35,027 nucleotides of DNA from a virus. Its lineage: Duplodnaviria > Heunggongvirae > Uroviricota > Caudoviricetes. Below the pieces are notes generated by a model. The model was not told where the DNA came from, did no database searches, and saw only the letters and a list, made by a program, of their open reading frames with translations. Of this stretch, positions 33,906 to 35,027 are shown in pieces (position 1 is the stretch's first letter; every line of letters starts with the position of its first letter). Location: the IMG/VR virus record IMGVR_UViG_3300031417_000415; one strand, 5' to 3'. The position numbers and the translations under genes are program-made.

Positions 33906-34316
33906 ATGAGCATGCTGATCATCGCCGCCCTGCTCCTCGCATCGAACGGGCCGAAGGAGGACCGTACAGCGATCGCGCTGGAACGCTGTCTCGCCTCGCC
34001 CGCAGCCGCAGCGACGCCCCCGGAGGTCCAGGACGACGACGAAGCGAATGAGGAGGTTCAGGAGGAACAGCCGGCCGTTCAGGAGAGGCCCGACGGACGC
34101 ACGACATGCCTGGACAACGCACGCCTGTCCTATGACCGTCGCGTGGTCGGCACCTATCGCTCCCTCATGAAGAAAGCCTCCCCCGAAGTGGCAGAGTGGC
34201 TCGCCCAGACCAATCAGGCCTGGATCGGTTACCGCCAGACCATGACGAGCGAAGTGGACGCAGTCGCAGCGGCTCGGGACCATGCGCAGTGGCTGGAAGG
34301 CCTGCGCGACAGATAG
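33906..34316 (+). CDS. second LprI/DUF1311-like secreted protein
   Basis: Signal-like N-terminus; ERC...TTC; YRSL...WL...QAWIGYR...ARDHA..L, parallel to the 33252 gene, with an acidic insert. Confidence 0.6.
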   Translation: MSMLIIAALLLASNGPKEDRTAIALERCLASPAAAATPPEVQDDDEANEEVQEEQPAVQERPDGRTTCLDNARLSYDRRVVGTYRSLMKKASPEVAEWLAQTNQAWIGYRQTMTSEVDAVAAARDHAQWLEGLRDR

Positions 34317-34363
34317 GCGGGGCTCCCAATACCGAGTAAGTCGGTATGAAGACCATAACAGTA

Positions 34364-34398
34364 AAAATGCCCGACTTGAAAGACGGGCATTTTATTGT
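34364..34398. terminator. probable bidirectional Rho-independent terminator
   Basis: AAAATGCCCG-N10-CGGGCATTTT-ATTGT; a second hairpin ATACCGA-GTAAG-TCGGTAT lies at 34329-34347. Confidence 0.75.
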
Positions 34399-34886
34399 CT
34401 TATGATAATGTTTTGGCAGATCTAATGACCGCCTACAACACCTGTAAGACTTATCATCTCCTCAATAACGCACCGCGTTCCTGAGAGGAATGATAGACCA
34501 CCAGGCTGTTGAACGTATTAGCCCTTGATGGGCTTGCCGATAGGCCAGTAGCGCATGTGAAAACCCTATTGTTGGAGTGCGTCTTTCGACAAGGACACTT
34601 ATGTCGCCAAATCGTTTCGCAATTACGAGCTGACATGGTTAATGATAAATTTACCGCAGACGATTAATCTTTATTCGTAGCGGATAGCACGTAGAACGAA
34701 TGGCAACGGCAGCGACGCACGCAGGCCGAGCCCGCGCATATGATCGGCGTATCGCAGCGGGCTAGCCGCGCCTCCGTGATGATGGCCCGACAACGGGGAC
34801 GAGAACCGTCATGGCTGCCGAAACGACCAGGACCGTCGATATCCTGACCGCCTGATGAAACGAGACCGTAGCGAAGGAGAAAAGAC

Positions 34887-35027
34887 GTGGCCGAGCAGCA
34901 GACGAAGACCGTCGAGATCCTGACCGCCGAGAACGGCATCTGGGGGGCGCACGCGACCTGGCCCGTACAGGACTGGAAGTACGAGGTCGACAACGACGAC
35001 ACCCGCCTCGGCTACTGGGAGTGGGTG
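34887..35027 (+). CDS. partial hypothetical protein running off the window end
   Basis: SD AGGAGA, GTG start, open to the window end: MAEQQTKTVEILTAENGIWGAHATWPVQDWKYEVDNDDTRLGYWEWV. Confidence 0.65.
   Translation, partial: MAEQQTKTVEILTAENGIWGAHATWPVQDWKYEVDNDDTRLGYWEWV

Noticed and set aside
34454-34636. 60-aa minus-strand ORF in the low-GC island
   Set aside because: No SD, atypical codon usage and no recognisable motif; it cannot be supported as a gene.
1-35027. tRNA genes expected beside cca and RNA ligase; prophage call
   Set aside because: No cloverleaf or T-loop (GTTCGA..CC) was seen in intergenic gaps by eye (tRNAscan-SE would be decisive); no integrase, terminase, capsid or tail gene was recognised.

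Overview
GC-rich (about 68% in a sampled coding line), gene-dense accessory region, most likely from a large alphaproteobacterial (Sphingomonas-like) megaplasmid, chromid or giant-phage-like element. This origin is inferred: no replication, conjugation, integrase or virion hallmark gene is visible. About 45 CDSs are supportable, 44 of them on the + strand, many small, hypothetical and coupled by ATGA/GTGA overlaps. Recognisable cargo: (i) a dispersed RNA/tRNA end-repair set, made of a CCA-adding enzyme, an 877-aa kinase-phosphoesterase-Rnl1-type ligase fusion, a Pnkp-like phosphoesterase with a decayed kinase domain, and a cyclic-phosphate-processing receiver-like protein; (ii) two eukaryote-like proteins, an Eco1/ESCO-like zinc-finger GNAT next to a ParB/Srx-domain gene and a secreted 1079-aa protein with 12 thrombospondin type-1 (ADAMTS-type) repeats plus 4 variant repeats; (iii) c-di-GMP and surface genes (MHYT-PAS-GGDEF-EAL, PilZ, lipoprotein subtilase with a Pro-Thr linker); (iv) an M50B peptidase, M23-like peptidase, BtpA-like TIM barrel, catalytically degenerate HsdR_N-like protein, XRE regulator, ART-like protein and two LprI-like paralogs. 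Non-coding signals include a recurrent promoter-like motif CATCCTAYAAYC, a perfect 15-bp hairpin, terminators, an in-frame TGA at a cysteine position and a short low-GC island. No tRNA, rRNA, CRISPR array or IS was recognised by eye. All family calls come from motif recognition, not database searches.
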